Of a DNA stretch of 64,000 bases, positions 62,558 to 64,000 are shown piece after piece. The notes under the pieces are model-generated. The model saw only the letters and a program-made list of their open reading frames with translations, had not been told where the DNA came from and ran no database searches. The translations under genes were made by a program, and so were the position numbers. Position 1 is the first letter of the stretch, and each line of letters starts with the position of its first letter. Source of the stretch: Pristiophorus japonicus. Taxonomy: Eukaryota. Location of the stretch: assembly GCF_044704955.1 (NCBI RefSeq), contig NC_091993.1:100254001-100318000 (forward strand), in the 5' to 3' direction.

Positions 62558-63022
62558 TGTCAGCTGCGGCTCAATGGGTAGTACTCTCACCTCTGAGTCA
62601 GAAGGTTGTGGGTTCAAGTTCCACTCCAGGAACTTGTAGCACAATAATCTAAGCTGACACTCCAGTGCAGTGCTGAGGCAGTGCTGCACTGTCAGAGGTG
62701 CCATCTTTCGGATGCGACGTTAAACCGAGGCCCCGTCTGCTCTCTAAAGTGGACATAAAAGATCCCATGGAAATATTTTGAAGAAGAGCAGGGGAGTTAT
62801 CCCCGGTGTCCTGGTTAATATTTATCCCTTAATCAACCTGACAAAAAAACAGATTATCTGGTCATTATCACATTGCTGTTTTTGGGAGCTTGCTGTGCGC
62901 AAATGCCGTGATTCCCACATTACTACAGTGACTACACTCCGAAAGTACTAAATTGGTGGTGAAGCACTTTGAGACGTCGGGTGGTCATGAAAGGCACTAT
63001 ATAAATCCAAGTCTTTCTTTCT
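62558..63022 (+). mobile_element. Full-length Deu-domain SINE
   Basis: tRNA-like head, Deu-like core, tail gcactatataaatccaagtctttc. Confidence 0.85.
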
Positions 63023-63046
63023 TTTCATTTGTAAATTATTTTCTTG
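62938..63046 (+). repeat. 109-bp perfect direct repeat, copy 1 (copy 2 at 63775-63883)
   Basis: tccgaaagtactaaattgg..aattattttcttg identical in both places. Confidence 0.95.
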
Positions 63047-63049
63047 AGA

Positions 63050-63212
63050 CGTTGACCTCTTCCAATGACCCCTGACCCTAGTTTGACGTTGGCCAATCCC
63101 AATGACCTGCGACTCTTGACCCTGGAGTAACGTTGGCCTCTCCCAATGACCTGCGACCCCTGACCCTAGTTTGACATTGGCCAATCCCAATGACCTGCGA
63201 CCCCTGACCCGA
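63050..63212 (+). repeat. About 44-bp minisatellite, 3-4 units
   Basis: ttggccaatcccaatgacctgcgacccctgaccctagtttgac(g/a) repeated. Confidence 0.85.
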
Positions 63213-63228
63213 GTAGGCCGTCACTCAC

Positions 63229-63438
63229 CGAAAATGCCGAAGCCGATGCCGACCAAGACCAGAGCCACCAGGATGCATTTATTCAGCGAGAAGCCCACGT
63301 CCTCCTCCTCATCGGCCAGGACCACCGAGACTCTGGGCACGGCTTTGCCGCCGGGTGCCTCCGACAGCTGCCGCTTGCGCAGTCCGCCTGACTCGTCCTG
63401 CACGCTCAAACTCCCGATCTCCTCGATATCGCTCACCG
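63229..63438 (-). CDS. PBXIP1: Single 210-bp phase 1-1 coding exon of a PBXIP1/CCPG1-family membrane protein (transmembrane exon), apparently orphan
   Basis: cag|CG GTG.. and ..TTC G|gtgagt; translates VSDIEE..GLRKRQ..DEEEDVGFSLNKCILVALVLVGIGFGIF(G); LRKR + acidic + SLNKC + TM is the family signature as I recall it; CCPG1 not excluded. Confidence 0.62.
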
Positions 63439-63452
63439 CTGCCGGACAACAG

Positions 63453-63782
63453 TAAAAGACAGATTTGCATTTATATAGCACCTTTCACCACCTCAGGGCA
63501 TCCAAAGCGCTTTACAGCCAATGAAGCACTTTTGGAGTGTGGTCACTTCAATGTTGTATTGTGGGAAACGCGGCAGCTCAATTTGCGCACAGCAAGCTCC
63601 CACACACAGCGATGTGATAATGACCCGGATCATCTGTTTTAGTGATGTTGGTTGAGGGATAAATATTGGGCCCAGGACACCGGGGAGAACTCCCCCTGCT
63701 CTTCTTCCAATAGTGGCCCCGGGATCTTTTACATCCACCCGAGAGGGCAGACGGGGCCTCGGTTTAACGTCTCATCCGAAAG
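63453..63782 (-). mobile_element. Deu-SINE 3' half, truncated at the direct-repeat junction
   Basis: Reverse complement of the SINE body; ends at ctcatccgaaag. Confidence 0.85.
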
Positions 63783-63883
63783 TACTAAATTGGTGGTGAA
63801 GCACTTTGAGACGTCGGGTGGTCATGAAAGGCACTATATAAATCCAAGTCTTTCTTTCTTTTCATTTGTAAATTATTTTCTTG
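63775..63883 (+). repeat. 109-bp perfect direct repeat, copy 2
   Basis: Identical to 62938-63046. Confidence 0.95.
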
Positions 63884-64000
63884 TCCTTTTGGTTCTCTCA
63901 TTTCTCACATCACCTATTGCCAGGCTTCTGGTTTCACGCCGGTTGATCTAGTTTCTAGACAGTGTAGTTACGCTGTATTTACCTTACAGTGCGGTTGCTG

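Overview
Eukaryotic DNA, almost certainly a cartilaginous fish (shark-type repeat set): an AT-rich intronic/intergenic region about half filled with nested transposable elements. It holds CR1/HER1-type LINEs (one with intact zinc-finger/esterase ORF1), RTE LINEs and RTE-derived non-autonomous elements, a young Tx1-clade LINE, L2 tails, Penelope-like (GIY-YIG) remnants with minimal hammerhead ribozymes, tRNA-headed Deu-domain SINEs, AmnSINE2-like relics, GC-rich TIR elements, a decayed Harbinger Myb/SANT gene and two solo LTRs. The only recognisable host coding sequence is one PBXIP1/CCPG1-family transmembrane exon (63229-63438, minus). It lies in a 728-bp segment bracketed by a perfect 109-bp direct repeat, so it looks like a captured orphan exon. 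Other highlights: a U_UUA_AAC/G_UUA_AAC -1 slippery site in the correct frame at both CR1 ORF1/ORF2 junctions, a twin-priming inversion in an RTE, and further locally templated duplications. All family calls come from recognising motifs by eye, with no database search; boundaries of old repeats are approximate.
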